Below, piece after piece: positions 38,503 through 47,411 of a stretch of 64,000 nt of DNA. A program made the translations under genes and the position numbers. Below the pieces are notes generated by a model. The model was given only the letters and a program-made list of their open reading frames with translations. It was not told where the DNA came from and ran no database searches. Position 1 is the stretch's first letter; the number at the start of each line of letters is the position of its first letter. The stretch is from Nanobdellota archaeon (GTDB lineage: Archaea > Nanobdellota > Nanobdellia > Woesearchaeales > UBA583), in the NCBI GenBank assembly GCA_048625195.1, contig JBMCRE010000002.1, positions 1,747 through 65,746 of the forward strand, read 5' to 3'.

Positions 38503-39288
38503 TTATTGAATTCTAAATGCATTTAATAGACTTCTTAAAAAAGAATTTTCTTTTTCTAATTCTTCAAGTTTTCTTTTATATTCACCAGTATGAACTCTTT
38601 TTGCTAAATGATGATATTGTTGAGCTGTCTTTGATTTTGGCCTTATATGCATTATAGGCTTTTTATTGTACAGAGATAATCTCATATATTTGTCATCTTC
38701 AATAACTGAAGTAATTGGAGTTTCTAATAGACCTTCAATTGCTCTAAATCCTAAATCAAAATTGTCTCTTCTAACTCTATTTAAAATAACCCCTTTAACT
38801 GGAATACCTATTTCTTTTGCAAGAGTAACAATTTTAAAAGCATCTGTTACTGCAGGTAATTCTGGATTTGTAACTACTAAAATTTCATCTGCATTTTTTA
38901 AAATAGAAATTGATTCATTTCCTAATCCTGCTGCACTGTCTACAATAACATAATCACATAATTCTTTTAGATCATCAAAGATCTTTTTTAATGTTCTTGA
39001 ATTAATATGTGCAAAGCTTCTAATTGATAATGAACCAGGTACTAATTTAAACCCTAATGGATGTAAATATATTGAATCAGTCAATACTGCTTCTCCTTGT
39101 AATACATCATTTAATGTAGTTGGAAACTTTGTAAGTCCTAAATGCAATCCCACATTTGGAGTAGTCAAGTTCCCATCAACAAGTATTACGTTTTTTCCAT
39201 GCTTTGATAAAGCAGTTGCTAAATTTACGCTTGTGGTGGTTTTACCAACACCACCTTTCCCAGAAGATATAACTATTAATTTTCCCAT
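38503..39288 (-). CDS. minD: MinD/ParA-family P-loop ATPase
   Basis: Deviant Walker A SGKGGVGKTT and a DSAAG Walker B region. Confidence 0.85.
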   Translation of the reverse strand: MGKLIVISSGKGGVGKTTTSVNLATALSKHGKNVILVDGNLTTPNVGLHLGLTKFPTTLNDVLQGEAVLTDSIYLHPLGFKLVPGSLSIRSFAHINSRTLKKIFDDLKELCDYVIVDSAAGLGNESISILKNADEILVVTNPELPAVTDAFKIVTLAKEIGIPVKGVILNRVRRDNFDLGFRAIEGLLETPITSVIEDDKYMRLSLYNKKPIMHIRPKSKTAQQYHHLAKRVHTGEYKRKLEELEKENSFLRSLLNAFRIQ

Positions 39289-39343
39289 ATTTTATTTAAT
39301 ATTATTGCTTATTTAAATTATCTTATCACCACGGATAAGTAAT

Positions 39344-39799
39344 TTATGTTAATTGAATTGTATTTAATCTGTCAATTACATCTTTTAAAACTGAATAAAA
39401 ATCTAATAATTTCATTATATTTACAATGTATTCTTCGCCATCAATATATGATACCATACATAAGTTTTTTCTATACTCTCCAATACATTCAAATTCAGAT
39501 AATAATAGTCTTTTTAATAAAAAATAATCTGATAAATCAATACTAATTCCTCTACTTAAAAATCCATCTTTTAAGATCTGAATTTTATCATGTACAGTTA
39601 TTGGTATATCATTATCTTCTACAAATGCTCGATATGCTACTCCAAAAAATTGCTCATAACCACTAACAATAGTTTCCATAACTCTTCTTAACATTTCAGT
39701 TGTTTTTGTAAATTTACATGATACATATATCATATGTTCAATTGAGTATAATTGTCTTTTTAAATCTCTAATGTCATTTATTGTTAAGTCGTCCATCAT
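39344..39799 (-). CDS. hypothetical protein
   Basis: 151-codon ORF packed between nac and minD on the same strand. No motif recognised. Confidence 0.5.
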   Translation of the reverse strand: MMDDLTINDIRDLKRQLYSIEHMIYVSCKFTKTTEMLRRVMETIVSGYEQFFGVAYRAFVEDNDIPITVHDKIQILKDGFLSRGISIDLSDYFLLKRLLLSEFECIGEYRKNLCMVSYIDGEEYIVNIMKLLDFYSVLKDVIDRLNTIQLT

Positions 39800-39801
39800 T
39801 T

Positions 39802-40146
39802 TTATTCGTTTTGTGTTAATTCTATAATTGCTTGTGCTATATCACCTTGAGATTTTTCCAAAGCTAATTTTGCAGTACTGGCATCTACTTTTGCTTGAGT
39901 AGAAACTAAATCTATATCATCTTGAGAAATTTTTATATTAGGCTTGTTCTCTTTTTCTTCATATTGTCCAGAAATTTGAAATGTTGTTTGCCCCTGCATT
40001 GTTATTTTTTGAACTTCTGGATTGTTGAAAATAATTTTTGCATCTTTAGTCTCTATAATAACTTTAGTTGCATCAATGTCCACCTGAGACATCCCCATTT
40101 GTCTCATCATAGCTTTCATTTGTCGAGGATTTACTCCCGGCATCAT
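39802..40146 (-). CDS. nac: nascent polypeptide-associated complex protein (NAC + UBA domains)
   Basis: MMPGVNPRQMKAMMRQMGM..., a NAC beta-barrel, and a C-terminal UBA-like segment (AKLALEKSQGDIAQAIIEL). The start is set at the ATG overlapping the Sec61-beta stop (ATGA). The ORF track extends 10 codons further. Confidence 0.85.
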   Translation of the reverse strand: MMPGVNPRQMKAMMRQMGMSQVDIDATKVIIETKDAKIIFNNPEVQKITMQGQTTFQISGQYEEKENKPNIKISQDDIDLVSTQAKVDASTAKLALEKSQGDIAQAIIELTQNE

Positions 40147-40313
40147 TTTATAGGTATTGTGTAGGTTAGTAACCATACAAAGAAAACAACTGCAAGTGAA
40201 AAATAAATCACCACTTTTGGTCCAAATTCATATTTGGTCTTTAAAGAACTTGAGAAACCCCCTATTAATCCACCTTGACCAGAAGGTAAACTAACACCAT
40301 TACGCTTTGCCAT
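40143..40313 (-). CDS. secG: preprotein translocase subunit Sec61-beta (archaeal SecG)
   Basis: Not in the ORF track. Base-by-base reverse complement gives a 56-aa protein, MAKRNGVSLPSGQGGLIGGFSSSLKTKYEFGPKVVIYFSLAVVFFVWLLTYTIPIK. It has the tail-anchored Sec61-beta layout (GL..F...P..V plus a C-terminal TM helix). Confidence 0.7.
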   Translation of the reverse strand: MAKRNGVSLPSGQGGLIGGFSSSLKTKYEFGPKVVIYFSLAVVFFVWLLTYTIPIK

Positions 40314-40541
40314 TAAATATACTAATACAAACTACTATATAAATATTTCGCGATTTTTAGATAAATTCATGTTATTTTTGGATGTATTTTTATTTTTATT
40401 TTTATTTTTTAATTAAAATTTGTAACCAAATAAGATAATTGCTATGTCAAGTTTTAAAACTATTATTTTTGATTGCGGAACTAACTTTCATTGTTTAACT
40501 AAGAACAAGCATCTTAGTATTTTTGATTTTCATTAGGCAAT

Positions 40542-40549
40542 TTTATAAA
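40542..40549 (+). promoter_or_regulatory. TATA box (TTTATAAA)
   Basis: The first T lies 32 nt upstream of the ATG at 40574. Confidence 0.5.
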
Positions 40550-40573
40550 TAAAAATATTTTTTTATATGTTAA

Positions 40574-41299
40574 ATGAAGATTGATAAAAGTTTAAAAAAT
40601 AAAGTGTTTTTTGTTATTCCTGCCTATAATGAAGAAAGATCTATAGGAAAAGTCATTGATTTATTAATTAGTAATAATTATGAAAATTTAATTATAATAA
40701 ATGATGGTTCTTATGATTTTACTTCTAAAATAGTTGCAGATAAGATTCAGAAAATTCAAAATAATAATATTGTTTTATTAGAACATGTTATTAATAGAGG
40801 ACAAGGAGCTTCATTAAAAACCGGAATTGATTTTGCAAGAAGTATAGAAAGTTGTAAATATATAGTTACTTTTGATAGTGATGGGCAACATAGAATATCA
40901 GATCTTCCCAAATTTTTAAAAGCTCTTGAAAATGATGAATGTGATATTGCAATTGGTTCTAGATTTTTAAATAAAGAAACAAAACAACTAGTTCCTTTGA
41001 AAAAAAGAATATTATTAAAAGGAGCATTACTTATAACTTTGTTTTTATCTAATATTAATTTAACTGATACTCATAACGGATATAGGGTTATAAAAAAATC
41101 TATTGCAAATGAATTGAATATTACTTTAGATGGGTTTGAGCATGCATCTGAAATATTAGATGACATTTCGAAAAAAGGAATTAGATACAAAGAAATACCT
41201 GTTTTTATAGACTATACTAATTATTCACAAGCAAAAGGACAAAAGATGTCTAATTCGGTTAAAATTTTATTAAAAATGTTGTTTAAATCAAACAAATGA
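40574..41299 (+). CDS. family 2 glycosyltransferase (dolichyl-phosphate sugar synthase-like)
   Basis: VIPAYNEE, NDGSYD and FDSDGQH (DxD region) motifs. Confidence 0.85.
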   Translation: MKIDKSLKNKVFFVIPAYNEERSIGKVIDLLISNNYENLIIINDGSYDFTSKIVADKIQKIQNNNIVLLEHVINRGQGASLKTGIDFARSIESCKYIVTFDSDGQHRISDLPKFLKALENDECDIAIGSRFLNKETKQLVPLKKRILLKGALLITLFLSNINLTDTHNGYRVIKKSIANELNITLDGFEHASEILDDISKKGIRYKEIPVFIDYTNYSQAKGQKMSNSVKILLKMLFKSNK

Positions 41300-41304
41300 T
41301 AAAA

Positions 41305-41312
41305 TTTATAAA
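41305..41312 (+). promoter_or_regulatory. TATA box (TTTATAAA)
   Basis: The first T lies 30 nt upstream of the ATG at 41335. Confidence 0.45.
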
Positions 41313-41334
41313 TCTTTTATTTTAATTTATAATC

Positions 41335-41670
41335 ATGGATACTTTTTCAGTTTTTTTTGTAGGAATGAGTTTAATTGTTTTGGGGTATTTGATATATGGA
41401 TTTAAAACATCAAGTAGGGTTCATGTTTTAATTGAACTATTTTATTTAACAATTTATACTTTTATTTTGTCAGTGGTTATATATCCTGATTTATTAAAAG
41501 TATTTGAAACTATATTTGGAATACAGTCTGCTATTAATTTTTTAATATATACAAGTATATTTATTTCGTATTTGATTATTTATTTTTTATATAAAAAAAG
41601 TGAAAATCAAAGAGAAGAAATTACTAAATTAGTAAGAGAGATTGCTTATTTGAAAAATAAGAAAAAGTAA
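41335..41670 (+). CDS. small membrane protein, DUF2304-like GT2 partner
   Basis: Three TM helices and a C-terminal charged coil (REEITKLVREIAYLKNKKK), directly after a GT2 gene. This is the usual DUF2304 layout. Confidence 0.5.
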   Translation: MDTFSVFFVGMSLIVLGYLIYGFKTSSRVHVLIELFYLTIYTFILSVVIYPDLLKVFETIFGIQSAINFLIYTSIFISYLIIYFLYKKSENQREEITKLVREIAYLKNKKK

Positions 41671-41881
41671 ATTGATTGTTTTTGTATTTGATAATATTGT
41701 GATTAATTTAAAATGAAAATTTGATTTGAATGATGGATTAATTAAGTAAGTAATAAAATTATATTAAATTGTTTTTATATTATTTTAATTAATATGTTTT
41801 AAAAAAAATTAATATATTTAATATATAAAAAGTTAATTTTTACTTTTTATATTTATATGGATAAGTAATTCTTTTATTATA

Positions 41882-41915
41882 ATAAATTGTATAACAAGTT
41901 AAATTGTATAACAAG
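41882..41915 (+). repeat. perfect tandem duplication of a 17-nt unit (taaattgtataacaagt x2)
   Basis: 41882-41898 equals 41899-41915. The repeat ends 16 nt upstream of the TATA box at 41931. Confidence 0.85.
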
Positions 41916-41930
41916 TAATTTATACAAAAC

Positions 41931-41938
41931 CTTTATAA
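41931..41938 (+). promoter_or_regulatory. TATA box (TTTATAAA)
   Basis: The first T lies 31 nt upstream of the ATG at 41962. Confidence 0.5.
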
Positions 41939-41961
41939 AATAATTTTTATTTTTTTACTTT

Positions 41962-42129
41962 ATGGTAAAAATTAATCATGATGAATATGGAAATAAAATT
42001 ATTAATGAAAAAGGTAGTGTGACTTTTAAGTGCCCTGCTTGTGGTGAGACAGAAGTTTCAAGAAGTAAAAAGGCAAGAGAGTTATCTAAGGAATACACTT
42101 GTACTAAATGTGGTTTTATAGGTCCATAG
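41962..42129 (+). CDS. Zn-ribbon protein (COG2888-like, predicted RNA-binding)
   Basis: Not in the ORF track. The 55-aa product is MVKINHDEYGNKIINEKGSVTFKCPACGETEVSRSKKARELSKEYTCTKCGFIGP. The CPxCG...Y.C.KCGF.GP ending matches this archaeal family. A canonical promoter sits at the expected spacing. Confidence 0.6.
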   Translation: MVKINHDEYGNKIINEKGSVTFKCPACGETEVSRSKKARELSKEYTCTKCGFIGP

Positions 42130-42156
42130 TCTTTTTATTACTTTTATTTAATAAAA

Positions 42157-42882
42157 ATGAAGATAAATAAATCTGAAGAATTTTTTAAGTTATTAAGTGT
42201 GAGTTTCTTATTTATAATATTTATTTTGGTTATAGTATTGTTTTTATTGATGATTAGTGGCAATGATAATAGTTTTAATAATCAAATAATGAATATACAA
42301 AATAATGATGTTAATAATAAAACAACCAATGATAAAAACAATAAAATGAATAATGATAAAAATACACAAACTGAAAATCCTATTGTAATTTTTGATACAA
42401 ATCATGGAAATTTTGAAGTTGAAATTTTTTTAAATGAAATGCCTATTACTGCAAATAATTTTTTAAAGTTAGTAAATGAAGAATTTTATGATAAGGTTAA
42501 ATTCCACAGGGTAATAAAGAATTTTATGATTCAAGCAGGCGATCCATTATCCAAGTCTGATGACTATAAAAATAGATGGGGAACAGGAGGTCCCGGATAC
42601 ACAATAAAGGATGAATTTGTTGAGAATATCTCAAATATTCGTGGAACTATTTCTATGGCTAACTCTGGTCCTAATAGTGGTGGTTCGCAGTTTTTTATAA
42701 ATGTTAAAAATAATAGTTTTTTAGATTTTGATAAAGAACCTCTACAAAGCAAACATCCAGTTTTTGGTAAAGTTATAAAAGGAATTGATATTGTTGATAA
42801 TATATCCAATACGAAAACTGGAGCAAATGATATTCCTGTTAAGGATGTTATTATAAATAAGATATATATCAAGGAATCATAA
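42157..42882 (+). CDS. ppiB: cyclophilin-type peptidyl-prolyl isomerase with N-terminal membrane anchor
   Basis: TM helix and an N-rich linker, then FHRVIKNFMIQAGDP and SMANSGPNSGGSQFFI. Confidence 0.9.
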   Translation: MKINKSEEFFKLLSVSFLFIIFILVIVLFLLMISGNDNSFNNQIMNIQNNDVNNKTTNDKNNKMNNDKNTQTENPIVIFDTNHGNFEVEIFLNEMPITANNFLKLVNEEFYDKVKFHRVIKNFMIQAGDPLSKSDDYKNRWGTGGPGYTIKDEFVENISNIRGTISMANSGPNSGGSQFFINVKNNSFLDFDKEPLQSKHPVFGKVIKGIDIVDNISNTKTGANDIPVKDVIINKIYIKES

Positions 42883-42968
42883 TAGCTTTTTTTCTTTTTG
42901 TTATTAATTTTGAATTTAAAATTCTTTTATCATATAGTTTTTAAATAAAGTTCTTTTTATATATTATA

Positions 42969-43682
42969 ATGGATGAGTTTAGAGTTCAAAAATTAATTTC
43001 ACAATCAGGATTTTGTTCAAGAAGAAATGCTGAAAAATTAATTGAACAAAGAAGGGTTAAAGTAAATAATAATATTGTATCTTTGGGTGATAAGTGTGGT
43101 TTTGAAGATGAAATTAAAATAGATAATAAAATTATATGCTTAAATGTTCATAAAAGATATATCATCATGAATAAACAAAAAGGCTATGTTTCTAGTAAAA
43201 AAGATGAATTTAATAGAAAAACAATCTTTGATTTATTAAATTTGAAAGATAATCATTCTTCACTTTTTAGTGTTGGTAGATTAGATAAAGACACAACTGG
43301 ACTTATAATAATTACTAATGATGGAGATTTTGCTCAAAAAATTATCCACCCTTCATCTAAAATTGCAAAAGAATATATAGTTCAAATAGATAGAAGTTTA
43401 AAAAATGAAGATAAAAATTATTTAGAATCAGGCATTAAATTATATAATAAAAAACTAGCTCCTTGCAAGATAAAAAGGCTGTCTCAAAAAAAATATTTGG
43501 TAAAAATTTTTGAAGGAAAAAAAAGGCAAATTAGAGAAATGTTTTTAAAATTTAATTATAATATTATTTCTTTACATAGAATTAAAATTGGTGGCTTGGA
43601 TATAGAAAGGTATCATTTAAAATATGGTGAATATAAAATTATTAAAAAAGAAGAATTAAAAAATCAAATTTTTAATTTTTAA
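42969..43682 (+). CDS. pseudouridine synthase, RsuA/RluB family (S4 domain + catalytic domain)
   Basis: S4 domain (RVQKLISQSGFCSRRNAEKLIEQRRVKVNN) and catalytic motif GRLDKDTTGLIIITNDG. Confidence 0.85.
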   Translation: MDEFRVQKLISQSGFCSRRNAEKLIEQRRVKVNNNIVSLGDKCGFEDEIKIDNKIICLNVHKRYIIMNKQKGYVSSKKDEFNRKTIFDLLNLKDNHSSLFSVGRLDKDTTGLIIITNDGDFAQKIIHPSSKIAKEYIVQIDRSLKNEDKNYLESGIKLYNKKLAPCKIKRLSQKKYLVKIFEGKKRQIREMFLKFNYNIISLHRIKIGGLDIERYHLKYGEYKIIKKEELKNQIFNF

Positions 43683-43845
43683 TTCTACGTTTATATTCGA
43701 ATTAAGTATTTATATGTATATAATTTAATATATTTAAAACTTGATACAAACTTTAATTTTGTTTATTATGTAGTTATTATTAAAAATATTAAATTAATTT
43801 AATTGCGACTGAAATAAAATTAATTCTTTTTTTAAAAAACAAAAT

Positions 43846-43853
43846 TTTATAAA
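43846..43853 (+). promoter_or_regulatory. TATA box (TTTATAAA)
   Basis: The first T lies 31 nt upstream of the ATG at 43877. Confidence 0.5.
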
Positions 43854-43876
43854 ATTTAAAGATGTTTTAAATATTT

Positions 43877-45541
43877 ATGAAGGATAAGAAATATATTATT
43901 ATTACCGGCGGTGTACTCTCTGGAATAGGAAAAGGAGTTACAACTGCTAGTTTGGCATCTTTTTTTTCATCAAATTATAAAGTCATACCAATTAAATTGG
44001 ATGGATATTTGAATGTAGATCCAGGAACTATGAACCCTATTGAACATGGAGAAGTTTTTGTTTTAGATGATGGAGCAGAAGTAGATATGGATTTTGGACA
44101 TTATGAAAGATTTTCAAATATAACTGCAAAACATAATCAAAGTCAAAGTATGGGGAAAATATATGATTATGTAAAAAAAAAAGAAAGAAAAGGAGATTAT
44201 CTTGGACAAACAGTTCAATTGATTCCACATGTAACTAATGCAATTTTAGAAAAAATACTAAATATTGCAAATGATAATCAAGGAGATATTGTTTTAATTG
44301 AAGTTGGTGGAACGGTTGGAGATATTGAAAATGAATTATTTATTGAGGCAATGAGACAGTTAAAATCAAAAGTTGGAGATGACAATATTGTGTATATGCA
44401 TCTAAGTTATATACCTATCCCTTATGGTGTGAAAGAACAAAAAACAAAACCAACTCAACAAAGTATACAATTATTAAATCAAAGAGGTATTTGGCCAGAC
44501 TTCATATTATGTAGATGTAGTGAGTATTTAACAGAAAATGTTAAAAATAAAATATCTATGTTTTGCAATGTCTCAAAAAGTTGTGTTGTATCTCTTCCGG
44601 ATATTAAAGAGATTTATGAATTACCAAATATTTTATTAGAGCAAGATTTTATTAGAGAAGTATTTAAAAAATTTAATTTAGAATATCAAGAAAATAAAAA
44701 AATAGAAAAGTGGAATAAATTATTAAACACAAAAAAAGATAAAAAGATAAAAATAGGATTGGCAGGAAAATATACAGGATTAGAAGATTCTTATGCAAGT
44801 ATTGTTGAGAGTATTAGACATTGCTCTTATTATTTAGATACTAATATTGATATTGAATGGATTGAAACTTCTAATTCTATTGATGAAAATTATATTAAAT
44901 CTATGGATGCAATTATTGTTCCAGGTGGTTTTGGTAATCGGGGTGTTACTGGTAAAATAGAAGTTATTAAAATTGCAAGAGAAAATAATATTCCTTTCTT
45001 AGGTATTTGTTATGGATTACAATTATCAGTTATAGAATTTTTAAGAAATGTATGTAATGTTAAAAATGCTAGTTCTTTAGAGTTAGGATGTGATTTAAAA
45101 GATGCAGTAATTACAATTTTAGACGAACAAAAAAATGTTACTAATAAAGGTGGAACTATGCGATTAGGTTCATATAAAGCAATTTTAATTGATAGTAAAA
45201 TTAAAGAATTATATAAAGAATTAGATTTGTATACACAAGAAAACAATAATTTTTGTATAACAGAAAGACATAGACATAGGTACGAAGTAAATCCAAATTT
45301 TATTGATATTTTTGAAAAAAAAGGATTAAAAGTAGTTGGTAAAAGTTTTGAGAGAGATTTAGTAGAATTTATTGAATTAGATGAAAAATTACATTCTTAT
45401 TTTGTTGCAACTCAAGGACATCCAGAATTAAAATCTAAACTTGAAAAACCTGCACCATTATTTAAAGGATTAGTTCAAAGTGCAATCAATAAAAAATATA
45501 AAGAAGAAGTAAAGAAAGAAACAATAAAAATACAAAAATAA
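43877..45541 (+). CDS. pyrG: CTP synthase
   Basis: KYIIITGGVLSGIGKG, a synthetase domain, and a C-terminal glutamine amidotransferase domain (GICYGLQ, QGHPE). Confidence 0.95.
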   Translation: MKDKKYIIITGGVLSGIGKGVTTASLASFFSSNYKVIPIKLDGYLNVDPGTMNPIEHGEVFVLDDGAEVDMDFGHYERFSNITAKHNQSQSMGKIYDYVKKKERKGDYLGQTVQLIPHVTNAILEKILNIANDNQGDIVLIEVGGTVGDIENELFIEAMRQLKSKVGDDNIVYMHLSYIPIPYGVKEQKTKPTQQSIQLLNQRGIWPDFILCRCSEYLTENVKNKISMFCNVSKSCVVSLPDIKEIYELPNILLEQDFIREVFKKFNLEYQENKKIEKWNKLLNTKKDKKIKIGLAGKYTGLEDSYASIVESIRHCSYYLDTNIDIEWIETSNSIDENYIKSMDAIIVPGGFGNRGVTGKIEVIKIARENNIPFLGICYGLQLSVIEFLRNVCNVKNASSLELGCDLKDAVITILDEQKNVTNKGGTMRLGSYKAILIDSKIKELYKELDLYTQENNNFCITERHRHRYEVNPNFIDIFEKKGLKVVGKSFERDLVEFIELDEKLHSYFVATQGHPELKSKLEKPAPLFKGLVQSAINKKYKEEVKKETIKIQK

Positions 45542-45711
45542 GATACAACAATAAAATATAGCAATAAAATATATAGTAAAATTATAACAAAAGAGACAAA
45601 ATTAAAATTAAAATTTGAAAATATATTCTATATAACCATATAATTATATTTCTATATCGTTATATCACATATCTTAAATATTTTTTTACTCCTTAGATTT
45701 TCTCATAAAGT

Positions 45712-45719
45712 TTTATAAA
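45712..45719 (+). promoter_or_regulatory. TATA box (TTTATAAA)
   Basis: The first T lies 32 nt upstream of the ATG at 45744. Confidence 0.5.
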
Positions 45720-45743
45720 TAAATTTATTTGTTATATTTATAG

Positions 45744-47060
45744 ATGTTTGATATTGTTTTAGGTAGGAGTAAAGCAGATAGTGAAAAATATGGTAAAAAA
45801 GGTGCAGTTTTTATTGGAAAACAATATGTAGAGATGGGACAGACTTCATCTTTGTCTAATCCTATTTATTTGGATGTAGCAAGAGCACATGCTATGCTTA
45901 TTTGCGGAAAAAGAGGTGGTGGTAAATCTTATACTATGGGTTCTATTGCAGAAGGATTAGCAGATATGGAGCCAGAAATTGCACAAAATTTATGTTTTAT
46001 TTTATTGGATACTATGGGAGTTTATTGGTCTATGAAATATTCTAACGACAAAGAATATAGCTTACTTAGAAAGTGGGGATTAGAAGGAAAAGGATTAAAT
46101 GTTGATATTTTTGTTCCTGGAGATTTTTATAATAAATATCAAAAGGATGGTATCCCTGTAGATTTTCCTTTTTATATAAGGCCAAATGAGTTATCAATTG
46201 AAGATTGGCTTAATGTTTTTAAATTAGATGTAGATAATAGAGTTGCAGTTTTAATTCAGAGAGTCATTGGTATATTGTTAAAAAAGGAAGAAAATTTTTC
46301 AATAGATTATATTATTAATTTAGTTGAAAATGATGAGAGAGCAGATGAAAAAACTAAGTATGCAGTTATTACTAGATTTGAAAATTGTAAAAATTGGGGA
46401 ATTTTTTCAACAAAAGGGACTCCTGTTAGAAATATTTTGAAAGGGGGAAAAGTTATTATTATGGACCTCTCACCTTATGTTGCAATGCCTGGTGGCTGGG
46501 AAGTTAAAGCATTGGCTTTAGGAATTTTGTCAAAAAAAATTTTTATTGAAAGAATGTTAACAAGAAAAAGGGAAGAGCTTTTTGATATTATTAACAAAAC
46601 TCAAGTTGTAAAAAAAGAAGAAATTGAAGATGATATTCCAATGCCTTGGTTAATTATTGATGAATGTCATGAATTTTTACCAGAAACTGGAGAGACTCCT
46701 GCAACAAAAGCTTTAATGACAATATTAAGAGAAGGTAGACAACCAGGTGTATCTTTAATTATGGCAACACAGCAACCTGGAAAAATACACACTGATGCAA
46801 TAACTCAAAGTGATATAGTTTTATCTCATAGAATTACTGCAAGTTTTGACTTAGTGGCATTAGATAAAATATTTTTATCTTATGATTCAAAGGGAAGTAG
46901 AAATCTATTTAACTCTATGCCAAGAGTTAAAGGATGTGCTATTATTATGGATGATAAAAATGAGAGATTACACACAATGCAAGTAAAACCTCGTATTACT
47001 TGGCATGGAGGAGAAGATCCTAATGCTATACGAGAAATGGAAGATAAATTTGACTTCTAA
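45744..47060 (+). CDS. HerA/FtsK-superfamily P-loop ATPase (DUF87-like)
   Basis: Walker A CGKRGGGKSYTMG, Walker B WLIIDECHEF, and REGRQPGVSLIMATQQP. Confidence 0.65.
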   Translation: MFDIVLGRSKADSEKYGKKGAVFIGKQYVEMGQTSSLSNPIYLDVARAHAMLICGKRGGGKSYTMGSIAEGLADMEPEIAQNLCFILLDTMGVYWSMKYSNDKEYSLLRKWGLEGKGLNVDIFVPGDFYNKYQKDGIPVDFPFYIRPNELSIEDWLNVFKLDVDNRVAVLIQRVIGILLKKEENFSIDYIINLVENDERADEKTKYAVITRFENCKNWGIFSTKGTPVRNILKGGKVIIMDLSPYVAMPGGWEVKALALGILSKKIFIERMLTRKREELFDIINKTQVVKKEEIEDDIPMPWLIIDECHEFLPETGETPATKALMTILREGRQPGVSLIMATQQPGKIHTDAITQSDIVLSHRITASFDLVALDKIFLSYDSKGSRNLFNSMPRVKGCAIIMDDKNERLHTMQVKPRITWHGGEDPNAIREMEDKFDF

Positions 47061-47127
47061 TATTTAAGAATATTAAAAAAAATAATTCATAATATATTTA
47101 AAAGAAAAAAGATTTTTTATTTTTATT

Positions 47128-47394
47128 ATGACAAATCAAAATGTTGAAGTATTAAAAATTTTAATTAGAAAAGTTAATGATAGAAATACTCTTTTAGATG
47201 ATAAATTATTAAATGAAATTGTTAATAACTTAAATAATATTTTTAAAATAATTGGAGAAGATAAAAATTATAGAGAATTAATGCAGTTTATTAATGCTGC
47301 AAAAGGTTATAAAAATATTAAAGAGAGAGAAAAATTTAAAATGAGTATCTTGAACGGGTTACAAAATTCATTTGATAGAATTCTTATAACATAA
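47128..47394 (+). CDS. hypothetical small helical protein
   Basis: 88-codon ORF downstream of the ATPase on the same strand. No motif recognised. Confidence 0.4.
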   Translation: MTNQNVEVLKILIRKVNDRNTLLDDKLLNEIVNNLNNIFKIIGEDKNYRELMQFINAAKGYKNIKEREKFKMSILNGLQNSFDRILIT

Positions 47395-47411
47395 AATTAA
47401 TTTTAATTCAC

